64,000 nucleotides of DNA from Blepharisma stoltei ATCC 30299 (lineage: Eukaryota; Protista; Ciliophora), in contig CBFDEM010000045.1 in assembly GCA_965603825.1 (NCBI GenBank), positions 496,001 to 560,000 on the forward strand, in the 5' to 3' direction. Each line of letters starts with the position of its first letter. Within the stretch, counting starts at the first letter, position 1. The notes under the pieces are model-generated. The model was not told the origin of the DNA, did no database searches, and worked only from the letters and a program-made list of their open reading frames with translations. Below, piece after piece: positions 1 to 9,875 of the stretch. A program made the position numbers and the translations under genes.

Positions 1-1
1 A

Positions 2-511
2 CGAGAAGATATGAGACTAGAAATAGTAAATCTTAAGCAAAAAATTGTCGCCCTTGAAAACAAAGATCAGCACACCACTCAAGAGCTGAATAAACACTAC
101 AATACAATTGTGAATAATTCAAAAGAAAATTTGAAATTAGAAGAAACCAGGCTCATTGAAATGAAAACCCAAAACGAAATTTTCAAAAAAACTTATGAAG
201 AATTCGTAAGAAAACAAAAAAATTTTTATGAAAGCAATGATAATTTAATCAAAGTAATGAAAAAGGAATGCGAATTGGTAGGGAAAGAAATAGAAGAAAT
301 AAAAAATATGCATAATGATGAAATTAAATTCATCAGAGAAACAGGACCTTTTGCAGAAATGCAACAATTAAAACAAGAAGTAAAGGATAGAGAAAGGAGT
401 ATGAAGGAATTAGAAGATTATATTAGGGTGCTAGAGGATAAGCATAGCAAAGAGGTGGAGTCATTTTTGAAGCTTGATGAAAGTGATACACGTAAGAGGA
501 AATGAATATAA
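2..511 (+). CDS. Coiled-coil protein, 3' part (5' end probably upstream of window)
   Basis: Frame open from window start; E/K-rich heptad sequence; TGA 503-505 read as Trp, stop TAA 509-511. Confidence 0.7.
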
Positions 512-592
512 TAACTTAAATAAAATTTGTATCGTTTGAGATATTTATAAGGAAAATTTGAATTTATACCAATCACAAATAAAAAAATAATC

Positions 593-1652
593 ATGTCTTA
601 CGTTTATTTTTCTAGGCCTGGAAGAGCTTATTCAAGCAGGTACAAAATTTTGGCTGAAAAAGAAACCCTCCTTTCAGGCAATTTAAAATCCTACACTCAC
701 AGCGTCCCATCTTTTATGATAAAAGAAGAAGAGCCAAAGCCGCTCGCCCCTACAGCTTTAGAAAAGCTGCTTAAAGAGGAGCTTGAAGAATTAAAAATGC
801 AGGTAACTCATTATTGAGGAATTAAAAAACAAAGAAAGCCTGCCAAAAATAAAGATTTCTCCAACATCTTCTTTTAAATCTCCTCCAAGAAAAAGCGAGT
901 TTCTAAAGGTAATAGACAAGCAGTAGAATAATACCAGTTCTGCACAAGAATATTATGATATAAATTACTCACAAGTTGAAAAAAGTGTGGCAGTGCCTTC
1001 TTTTAAAAGCACAAATAAAAGAAATTTAATAGAAAAAGAAAGCGATTTATCAAATTTTAGCTACAGAGAGCCTGAATGAAATCCTAAAGGGGTTATTCCT
1101 TTTTCAAAACAAACGCAGAGAAAACCATTTATTAATAGTGGAAGCCCAAGTGATGAGAGATTTGTTTCTGCTAATTTAAGCCCAGAAATTTGTAGTAAAT
1201 TTAAAAGAAATAAAGTGCCAAATTTATCAAAGTATAGCTCAAGAGATAATATTTTATATAAAACTCAAGACTGTGTGCCTGAATATTTTCCGAATAAAGA
1301 AATTGTTATGCCGAAAATTGCAAGGAATGTAGATTTTGATAAAATGCTCAAAAGAAAAGAGCCAGTTCAAAAAGAAAGACTGCCAAGTGCATATAACGTG
1401 AATTTTTCAATTGTAGAAAAAAATGTGCCTATAATTAATATGAAAAAGCTATTGCCAAGAGAAAAAAACTCAGAGTCCCAACTTCCAGCTTTTTTGCAAG
1501 GGTCTTTTAGCAGCCGACAGCTTGAAACTATGTGCAATTCAAAAAAACAAATAAACCTCTATGAGCTGTATTTAAAGCGACGCAAAAATCGTCAGACTAG
1601 CAACTTCAGCCCTACTGACTTTAGCCTTGATTATGAAACTTTTGAATATTAA
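593..1652 (+). CDS. Uncharacterised basic protein with two tiny introns (803-818; 909-923 or 909-926)
   Basis: Removing 16-nt GTAACTCATTATTGAG joins ORF 593 to a frame continuous with ORF 1215-1652 except for one TAG at 924-926, inside or next to a second intron; TGA=Trp near 1077. Confidence 0.6.
803..818 (+). other. 16-nt spliceosomal intron
   Basis: GTAA...AG with A six nt from the 3' end; removal restores the frame. Confidence 0.6.
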
Positions 1653-1677
1653 ATAATAATAAATTTATTTTAAAATT

Positions 1678-2541
1678 CTACAGCAAGCTTTCTTGATTTT
1701 GGCTTTTATTTTGCTCAATTTTTAGAATTCTCTTCTTAATGTCATCTATTTCTTGTAAAATTTTAAAAATTGAGTTTTCCTCAACCTTCTGTGTTGTCAG
1801 TTCTTTATTATCTTCTCCTTCTTTTTCTTTCAACTCATTCAATTCTGCTGTTAATTTTTGAATGGTGTTTTCATAAAACTCTTCAGACCTTGAGTGCTTA
1901 GCTAGCAATTCTTTATACTTTTTCTCAAGTTTTTTATATTTAATCCTTTGTTCAGTTAATCTTTTTTCCAAATTTACTAAATACTGTACATCTCTTGGCC
2001 TATATAAAAAATACCCTCCTCGCTCAGGACTTGAGCCCTTTGAGCCTATTGATGGATAATTGCTGCCAGGTGTTCGAAATTCTGCTTTTGGTTCTGTATC
2101 TCTTACAATTGATAATAAATTATCTCGGTCTACACTCGTCGATTTCTTTTCAAAACTTAAATCTGAGGGGTTGATAGTGCTGATTTTATCTATAATCCCA
2201 ATGCTCCTGTCACTCTCCTGGTTATGTTTGCACTGTAATGGGATATTCCCAGGATGATCATTTTCTCTATTGATAGGATGCATAGGCTGCGGCTGAGGTG
2301 CCACCCTGTTTTTTGGTGTTTCTAGCTCATCAGCTAGATTTCTTTCAGTATGATCATAATCCCTTGAAGTGCTTTTTCTAGATGTTTGCCTTTCTTTTAA
2401 TTTTGTAGCATAACTTTTAGATTTATTCATCGCTAAACGGTCAGAAGCTTGCTGAATTAAGTTAGAAAGCGCAAATACCTCAGGGTTATATTTTTTCTGC
2501 GGCTGAGCAGATCTAGCTCTGCTTGTATTTTTATTTGACAT
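1678..2541 (-). CDS. Uncharacterised protein with C-terminal coiled coil
   Basis: 287-aa ORF, ATG to TAG, heptad repeats in the last third. Confidence 0.75.
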   Translation of the reverse strand: MSNKNTSRARSAQPQKKYNPEVFALSNLIQQASDRLAMNKSKSYATKLKERQTSRKSTSRDYDHTERNLADELETPKNRVAPQPQPMHPINRENDHPGNIPLQCKHNQESDRSIGIIDKISTINPSDLSFEKKSTSVDRDNLLSIVRDTEPKAEFRTPGSNYPSIGSKGSSPERGGYFLYRPRDVQYLVNLEKRLTEQRIKYKKLEKKYKELLAKHSRSEEFYENTIQKLTAELNELKEKEGEDNKELTTQKVEENSIFKILQEIDDIKKRILKIEQNKSQNQESLL

Positions 2542-2559
2542 TATGTTAAAAAACTTACA

Positions 2560-3219
2560 TTAAACTTTACTATATTTTGATCCTTTTCTTTTAAATATTT
2601 TAAACCCATAAATCCTAGGTATATATTCAGGCGTAATTTTTACAGGGTTTAAGTCTGGATAAGTAAGCAAGAACAAATGAGGGAAAGAGCAGCCAAAGTA
2701 AGCGCCATCAACGTCTGCGTATTTGTTTTTAGGAATGTACACATCTTTACATTTTGGACAAAAAATCTTTACACGGCTTGTTCTGAGCACTTCAGCCAGG
2801 CCAACCGGCAGAACATGTTGGCGCTCACACATAACTCGTGGGCAAGTGCCAAATCGGCCTGCAATAAATTTTTCTTTCATAATAGAAAGTCCTCGTGGAG
2901 TCACTATGAATCGAGCATGAATAAGTCCGTATAAGTCAGCAGACGTTTGGTATAATTCTAAATACCCATCATTTTCTAAATCGTCTTCTGTTGGGATTTC
3001 AGTGCTTAAAATAGTTTCAATAGCTTCGTCGTATTGTGCAAATTTCTCTTTGAGACCATAGAGATTAAAATTATCTTGGATAAACTCTTCGTCGACTTCA
3101 CAAAAAAATTCATGACCTTCAAGAGAGCAAAACCATTGAATCCACCCTTCTTCTGAGATATCTACGTCCTCTTCTTCTTGGTCAGAGGATTCATGCTTGT
3201 ATGTCTCCATTTCTTTCAT
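2560..3219 (-). CDS. CKB1: Casein kinase II regulatory beta subunit
   Basis: WIQWFCSLEGHEFFCEVDEEFIQDNFNLYGL, LYGLIHARFI, CPRVMC...CPKC zinc ribbon, DGAYFG. Confidence 0.97.
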   Translation of the reverse strand: MKEMETYKHESSDQEEEDVDISEEGWIQWFCSLEGHEFFCEVDEEFIQDNFNLYGLKEKFAQYDEAIETILSTEIPTEDDLENDGYLELYQTSADLYGLIHARFIVTPRGLSIMKEKFIAGRFGTCPRVMCERQHVLPVGLAEVLRTSRVKIFCPKCKDVYIPKNKYADVDGAYFGCSFPHLFLLTYPDLNPVKITPEYIPRIYGFKIFKRKGSKYSKV

Positions 3220-3593
3220 TTATGATGCAAAATTGAATTCAGTTTTATTTTTTAATGTAAATAGAAAATGCGAAGAGCGATTTTTTTATTGAAATTGAAT
3301 AAATAGAAGAACAGTAAAAAAAATTTTTTCGAATTTAACATAAAACTTTGCATAAAACAATCATATCTTATTAACTAAATATTCAAATTTTATAATTATT
3401 TCCATTACTTGTTTAAACCAAATGCTAAAAGCATGCTTAGCAATACGAATAATCCCCTTATTAACCGATTTTGATTATGCTAAAGTAAAAAATTCAACGC
3501 CTTGTAGCACAATTTCATTTAAATCTTTCTATTTATTCCAATGCTTGTCAGGAGTCTATATTAATATATCATGTCGAAAATATAAACTATAAA

Positions 3594-4817
3594 ATGTCAA
3601 GCATGCCTGTGGTAATATTTGACAATGGGTCAGGATATTCAAAGCTAGGGTTTGCAGGCAACACTGATCCTAACTATATAATCCCTACAGCAATCTCAAG
3701 TCGTGAATCTCTCGGAGTTCCTGTCTCACGTTTACAATGTGAAGACCTTGACTTTTTTATCGGTGAAGACGCATATCAAAACCAAAAAACTCACAATCTC
3801 TCGTTCCCTATCAAAGAAGGCCAAATCAACAACTGGGACGATATGGAGAGATTTTGGGAGCGAACAATTTATTCTCTTATGAGCGTTGAACCTCAAGAAC
3901 ACGTCTTTATGCTTACTGAGCCTCCTATGAATCCACCTGAAAACAGAGAACAAATGGCAGAAATCATGTTCGAGACCTTTGACGTAAAAGGCCTATATAT
4001 CGGCGTTCAGGCAGTTTTAGCTCTATTTGGCTCCAACTTATATAAAGAAAAACAAAATCTGACTGGGACTGTAATTGACTCTGGAGACGGTGTCACCCAT
4101 ATAATCCCTGTGGCCCATGGATATGTGATATCTTCTTGCATAAAGCATATCCCGATTGCTGGGAAAGATATAACGAAATATATTGCGAAAGCTCTTAAAG
4201 ACAGAAGAGAGCCTATTGCGACTGAAGATCTGATGGATGCTGCAAGAGTAATTAAAGAAAAGAATTGCTATGTATGCAAAGATATGGATAAAGAGCTGCT
4301 GAGATTTAATGACAAAGCAGAGTGGAAGAATTATGAAGGGATAGGAAGAACTACAGGTGCTCAAATCAATGCTAAAGTAGGGCCTGAGATGTTCTTAGGG
4401 CCTGAAGTATTCTTTTCACCAGGAAAATTCACAAGAGACTGGGACAAGCCACTCGACGAGTGTTTGGACTCTACAATTCAAGGGTGCCCAATTGACCTGA
4501 GACGTGACTTGTACTCAAATGTCGTCCTATCTGGTGGGACAACACTATTCAAGAACTTCCATCACAGGCTTCAAAGGTCAATGCAGCAAAGAGTTAATGA
4601 TAGATTAGCCAGATACGCTGCAAGCTCAGGAAATACTCCAAAGCCAATTGAATGCAAAATCAATGCCTATAAAACCCAACGATATGCAGTCTGGTATGGC
4701 GCCAGCATGTTTGCAGCATCCCCTGAATTCTCTCGAGTTGTCCATACCAGGGAAGAGTATCTGGAGCATGGCCCTAGCATTGCCAGAAGGAACGTCGTAT
4801 TTGGCTCAGGCGTATAG
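3594..4817 (+). CDS. ARP3: Actin-related protein 3 (Arp2/3 complex)
   Basis: DNGSGYSKLGFAGN, LTEPPMNPPENRE, DSGDGVTHIIPVAHGYVI, QRYAVWYG, GPSIARRNVVFG are Arp3-type motifs. Confidence 0.93.
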   Translation: MSSMPVVIFDNGSGYSKLGFAGNTDPNYIIPTAISSRESLGVPVSRLQCEDLDFFIGEDAYQNQKTHNLSFPIKEGQINNWDDMERFWERTIYSLMSVEPQEHVFMLTEPPMNPPENREQMAEIMFETFDVKGLYIGVQAVLALFGSNLYKEKQNLTGTVIDSGDGVTHIIPVAHGYVISSCIKHIPIAGKDITKYIAKALKDRREPIATEDLMDAARVIKEKNCYVCKDMDKELLRFNDKAEWKNYEGIGRTTGAQINAKVGPEMFLGPEVFFSPGKFTRDWDKPLDECLDSTIQGCPIDLRRDLYSNVVLSGGTTLFKNFHHRLQRSMQQRVNDRLARYAASSGNTPKPIECKINAYKTQRYAVWYGASMFAASPEFSRVVHTREEYLEHGPSIARRNVVFGSGV

Positions 4818-4851
4818 CTCTTTAAGTCTAATTCCATATTTTAATAACCAT

Positions 4852-5727
4852 ATGCTGGCTTGTGTATTTAGGACATTCTCCTCTAAAAGGTCACAACTAG
4901 GCCTCTGGCATGCTAAAGACGTTCGTAGCGGCTTCACTTATTCATTTTCCCACGAAAAGACCAAGCGCACTATCAAGCCAAATGTTTTCGACAAATCCTT
5001 ATGGAGCAACATTCTTAAAAGACATCTCACAATTAGCGTTTCCAGCACTGCATGGAAAAAGATTAAGTTTGCAGGAGGCCTTGACAATTATATTTTAAAA
5101 ACTGATCCTAAGCTGGTTAGGTCGAAGTTTGGGGAAACACTCAAGACTTATCTGCAGAAAAAGCTTGAAGATCCTAATTGGCAAGTTCCTTATATCAAAG
5201 GGTCGAGACAAGCCAGAAAAACAAAGCTTGACAAGGATAAATTCCAAAGCGCCAATATGTGGTACCCAATTGAAACAAGATATGTTGATCACAGTGAAGA
5301 ATTTTTCGATAGGTATCAGCCAAATCCACCACCAAGGCCTGAAATTGCAGATGATGACAGAGAAGAAGTCCCTGACGCTGGAGCACAAACATTTGACATT
5401 GGACCTGTAAGACAAAAGAAAAAGAAAGGAGAAAGTGAACTAGAAAAATTAATAAAGACTGAGATGAGTGAAAACTTGAAAGAACAGGAAGAAGACACTA
5501 CAGTTCATGAAAAATCAAAGACGGCTAAGATCAGAAGGGTTAAATCTAAAGGAAATAAAGAAGTTGCAGTGGAATTGAGTAAAAATGAAAGGAAAGAAAA
5601 GGAGTATCAAGAGAAGAGGGAGCTGAAAGCGAAGAGAGAAAAAGAAAGAGAAAAAGAACTTGAAAAGAAGGAAAGGGAGCAGGCTAAGAAAGCTAGAGAT
5701 CAAGAAAACAAAGGAGACAAGCAATAA
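4852..5727 (+). CDS. MRPL28: Mitochondrial ribosomal protein L28 (bL28m) with charged C-terminal extension
   Basis: Presequence-like start at ATG 4852; SFSHEKTKRTIKPNV...GGLDNYIL L28 signature. Confidence 0.85.
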   Translation: MLACVFRTFSSKRSQLGLWHAKDVRSGFTYSFSHEKTKRTIKPNVFDKSLWSNILKRHLTISVSSTAWKKIKFAGGLDNYILKTDPKLVRSKFGETLKTYLQKKLEDPNWQVPYIKGSRQARKTKLDKDKFQSANMWYPIETRYVDHSEEFFDRYQPNPPPRPEIADDDREEVPDAGAQTFDIGPVRQKKKKGESELEKLIKTEMSENLKEQEEDTTVHEKSKTAKIRRVKSKGNKEVAVELSKNERKEKEYQEKRELKAKREKEREKELEKKEREQAKKARDQENKGDKQ

Positions 5728-6413
5728 GTTAAGTATTGACTTAAATTTGAGATATAATAATGGCATGTTTTAGGGAGATAAACAAGAAAATTTTTCGAAT
5801 TTTAGAGCTGCTTCAATTGATAATAATTAATAAATAAAGAATTCGAAGGTATAATCAATGAGAAATGCTTTATTTTACTTAATTATTACTTAAAGCAATT
5901 TAGGGAAATATATTGGAATCAAAATGAATAGTTTTGTAAATTAATCATCAAATTTATGCGAAAGATTGCTATAAAAAAGATTATTTAAACTGAATAACAA
6001 ATTTTTTTAATTTTTAATTCTTGATCATCGACATTATATTTAGTATTAAAATATGAATATCAAAAAGGTCAGTAATGCAAATATTTATAAATACCTTATT
6101 TCTCAACAAAATATTGGCAATTTAGTTTAGGATTTTATTAAATTCTCATTGCAATTTAATATTTACTTCTATATAGAAAAAATTTATTATTCCAAATTTC
6201 AATTCTAGAATAGTTCTATTTATACCATTGGCAGACGCTCAGCAGTGTTTCTCTCTAAACTTAAGAATTAAACTATTCATTTGCACCCAAATTGTTTTCA
6301 CAATAGAATTATTGCCAAATCTGATTTAATACTCCTAAATGACCACTCATAAAGAAACGAGATTGTTGAAATAAACCAGAGATTGATTACAGAATGTATA
6401 TGATTATTTATGC

Positions 6414-6683
6414 TTAATTAGTTACAATTGCCAAAGTAGGGCTATTTACAGTATCTATGATTCTTTGGCTATCAAAGTTCGCTTCTTGGAACTTCGGCCT
6501 ACGTTTGATTAATGCACTATCGCTTAAGTGTAATTTAGGTGCTGATTGTGCTTTTTCTTTAAAAAGCATACATTTTTGTATAAAAATTTCTTTTTCTTCA
6601 GATGTGTTTGAAGTTTTTATGTCGACGGTTTGTTTCTCTGGAATTACTTTCTTTTTCTTAAGATTTGAGCCACATATACCCAT
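6414..6683 (-). CDS. Small putatively N-myristoylated/palmitoylated protein
   Basis: 89 aa; starts MGICGS followed by a polybasic KKKK. Confidence 0.6.
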   Translation of the reverse strand: MGICGSNLKKKKVIPEKQTVDIKTSNTSEEKEIFIQKCMLFKEKAQSAPKLHLSDSALIKRRPKFQEANFDSQRIIDTVNSPTLAIVTN

Positions 6684-7382
6684 TATTTTATTAAGATATT
6701 TTATTTTACCGACAAATTTGTCCTTATTTCGCTAAATTCTTAGAAGTCAATTTCAAAGATTTCACTTTACGTCATTAGTGTAAATATAATTTATCATTTT
6801 TAAGTATTAAATTTATTTTTTTAAAATTAAAATTAACGAAAGATGCACCTTAAAAGAAAACTTTTCAAAAGTCAAGCATTCATAAGTATTTAAAGCTCAA
6901 ATAAAGATTAAACTATTTTTTTATCAGATCTAATTATTTATACCACAAGAGATTAGCAGAGCTTTTTCAGTTATACTTTTAATTATTTTAACATATATTT
7001 TAGCTTTAAATTAATTTTTTATCTATCAGCGTTTTTAATACGAATGTTAAGCTGCAATTTCGCAATTCTATAAAACTGATTTAAATTACATAATATAAGT
7101 TCTTAGTTCATTTAGACCTAATTAGTGTTTAGTAAAAAATAGCAATAAAAATAGAGGGAGGTTTCATTTGCATAATTGTTTATTTAATTTAATGATAAAT
7201 GATTCGAGAAAAATTACAAATTTAATTCCACTAAATTTACATAACTAAAAATTTAAAATAAAATTTTATTTATACAGCCAGAAATGCTTTTTCGAGTAAT
7301 ATAATCAAATTTGACCTAGAAAATAGCTTACTTAAAAATTTAGCTACTTATTCCAATTAAAAATAAAATTAAAAGCTAAAAA

Positions 7383-7446
7383 TTATCGCGCAGATTACCC
7401 AATCAAAATTCAGCAGAAGGATAAAATTTTGATATAATGGCGCGAA
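7383..7446 (+). promoter_or_regulatory. Candidate H2A.Z promoter: CCAAT box and E2F-like CGCG elements
   Basis: CCAAT at 7399-7403; TGGCGCGAA at 7438-7446 (TTCGCGCCA on minus); ATCGCGC at 7385-7391, in otherwise CpG-poor DNA. Confidence 0.35.
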
Positions 7447-7473
7447 TATTTATCTAAACTTTATAAAACTCAA

Positions 7474-7878
7474 ATGACATCAGGCAAAGGAAAAGGTGGT
7501 AAAGGAGGAAAAACCGGTGGAAAGCATAAGAGAGCTCCAACCTCAAGATCAATTAAAGCAGGTCTCCAGTTTCCTGTGGGGAGAATCCATAGGTTCCTCA
7601 AAACAAGAATGCTCGCATCCCAAAGAGTCGGTGCTACCTCAGCTGTTTATACAGGAGCAGTCCTTGAATATCTTACTGCAGAAGTCTTGGAGCTTGCAGG
7701 GAACGTCAGCAAGGACTTGAAAGTCAAAAGAATCAGCCCAAGGCATATACAACTTGCTATCAGAGGGGATGAGGAATTGGATACACTCATCAAAGCAACA
7801 ATTGCAGGAGGCGGAGTTATCCCACATATCCATAAAAACTTACTTATTGAGCCGAAAGAAAAAACAGTTGAAGCCTAG
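7474..7878 (+). CDS. H2AZ: Histone variant H2A.Z (hv1-type)
   Basis: [55 protein letters not shown]. Confidence 0.97.
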   Translation: MTSGKGKGGKGGKTGGKHKRAPTSRSIKAGLQFPVGRIHRFLKTRMLASQRVGATSAVYTGAVLEYLTAEVLELAGNVSKDLKVKRISPRHIQLAIRGDEELDTLIKATIAGGGVIPHIHKNLLIEPKEKTVEA

Positions 7879-8150
7879 TTAATACTAATTTGATCAATTT
7901 AAGGAATAAATCTGCTGCCTTAACGCGCTTAATTTTTCTTTATATTGAGCTAAAGTTTGTGTTGATAATTTCGGTATTACTAGTTAGCATATTTTAGTGG
8001 CATTATAGGCATTTTCAAGCAGGATAATCTTTGCCCCATAATTTAATTATTTAGAATTTTTTACTCAAATAATGCACAAATTAATTATATATCCCTAAAA
8101 AAACTCGTTTAGTTAAAATACTGATGTTTTTATATTAACGACCAATTAAG

Positions 8151-9344
8151 ATGGAAGAGCCTCTTTCCCAACAAATAGAAAGAAAAGAAACGCCTAACAA
8201 TGAAGAATTGAGGATCCCTCCAACAGAAACTGAACAATCTATCCCTGAGCCTCGCTTTAGTTCATTTCTTCGTGAAACCCAGGATTTTGAAAGTGTTAGG
8301 ATTAGTTTGGCTTCTGAAAAAGATTTAGATGATGTTTTTGCACTAAAAAGAATGGGCTATTTCATAAGGTCAAGAAATTCCACATCAGAGAGATCAGACT
8401 CAACAGCTAACTTGCCTTCATCATTTTATACATCTCAAAGGCCGACTCGTCCAGAGTCTTATGCACTAGGAACTTCTGAAACCAACTCAATGCTCCACAT
8501 GAGGACCCAAACCACTTTTAGTCCAGAGCAGTTGAAATTGATCGCAAATAAAACGGCAAAATTCTCATCTGAAGACTTATCGCAGTCAAAAAAAGCTGAC
8601 CCGACAGCTATGATTCTAAGTCAATTAATTTTGAAAAAAGAAAGACAAGAAAGTCTTAAGAATTACTGTGAGTCAGTAAAATCGCAAATCAAAGAAAATT
8701 TGCGGATAAATATAGCTGATTTACAAAGCAAAAGAAATTCCCTTGTTGCAAAACTTGATCTTTATTTAGAAGAAGCCATTAATATAGCTAAGCAAGCTGA
8801 GGCAAAAAAGCAAGCAGAATTAAATAAAAAGCAAAGTGAGCTGGAAATATATAATCAGGAAATTGACAGTTTAATAGCAAGACTTAAGAATTGGAATGAG
8901 AGTGATGAAAGGGGAACTAGCCAAGCTATAAAAGACGCAAATAAATATTTGAAAGAAAACATTGACGAGAAATTTATTCATAGAAATTGGATATGGGACA
9001 GCCCAGTTGAGTTTGATTATGAAGTAATCAAAAAAGAATCAAATAATTTGATTTTGTTCACTGAAAAGAAAAGCCATAGACATAAAAGCACAAATTTTAT
9101 GCCAAGTAGGCATGAAGGAAGTAAAGTATTTGGGACTCCTGAAAACTTCAGAAAAGAAGAATGCTCAGAGTCAAAATGCAAACATTGTGTAAGGAAACAC
9201 TCAAGAGGTGATGCAGGGAAAAGTGAGTATCCGAAGAAAATGCTTCCTACAAAGTTCTTGGATTTTGACAATGAGGCTACAAGGGATAGCATGATGTCAA
9301 TTGGGCATTTAAATACAAGCAGCGTGTTTGATCTAAGACTGTAA
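8151..9344 (+). CDS. Uncharacterised protein, Ser-rich N-terminus and central coiled coil
   Basis: 397-aa uninterrupted ORF. Confidence 0.75.
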   Translation: MEEPLSQQIERKETPNNEELRIPPTETEQSIPEPRFSSFLRETQDFESVRISLASEKDLDDVFALKRMGYFIRSRNSTSERSDSTANLPSSFYTSQRPTRPESYALGTSETNSMLHMRTQTTFSPEQLKLIANKTAKFSSEDLSQSKKADPTAMILSQLILKKERQESLKNYCESVKSQIKENLRINIADLQSKRNSLVAKLDLYLEEAINIAKQAEAKKQAELNKKQSELEIYNQEIDSLIARLKNWNESDERGTSQAIKDANKYLKENIDEKFIHRNWIWDSPVEFDYEVIKKESNNLILFTEKKSHRHKSTNFMPSRHEGSKVFGTPENFRKEECSESKCKHCVRKHSRGDAGKSEYPKKMLPTKFLDFDNEATRDSMMSIGHLNTSSVFDLRL

Positions 9345-9875
9345 AAAATTATATTATTTAGCTTCAACAAATTAACTCTTAATATACATTCTATATTCAT
9401 TTAGGTAGGGTATTTTCTTTTAAAGATAGTTAAAGCAGCAGATAGAGACTGCAAATCAAGAAGCTTAAAACTTTATTTTTACAGTATAAATTTTGTATGC
9501 AGAGTTATTTCTCAGAATAATTTGGCAAACTTCCCTTTTTTTATCATTTCTTATAATATTTTTCATAATAATTTTTTGTGCTTCATAGAAGGTTATAATT
9601 ATAGTTTTTAGTTAGAGCAATTGTTTTAAACGAATTCGCTGTAGTTTGAGATAAATACTCATTCAATTTTATTAAATTTATTTTTCTAAAAATTATCCAG
9701 AAAGTTGATTTATATTAGTTATTATAAACTGGATGATTTTCTTGAAAGGGATTAAAACTTTAAATAAAAGCCATTGCATTTATAGAGCTATTTACGTAAA
9801 GTTATGTCTAAAAAACGTAGTAATTATTTACGTTTTATTTAAATTCTCTGATTTCTCTTGAATAATAAATATAAA

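Noticed and set aside
924-926. Evidence for a genome-wide UAG=Gln code
   Set aside because: TAG ends many genes here (ARP3, H2A.Z, ATP2); other in-frame TAGs lie within 15-nt introns or relics
4648-4851. Apparent overlap of the 359-aa ORF with ARP3
   Set aside because: L28 homology and the presequence start at ATG 4852; the upstream part is a chance open frame
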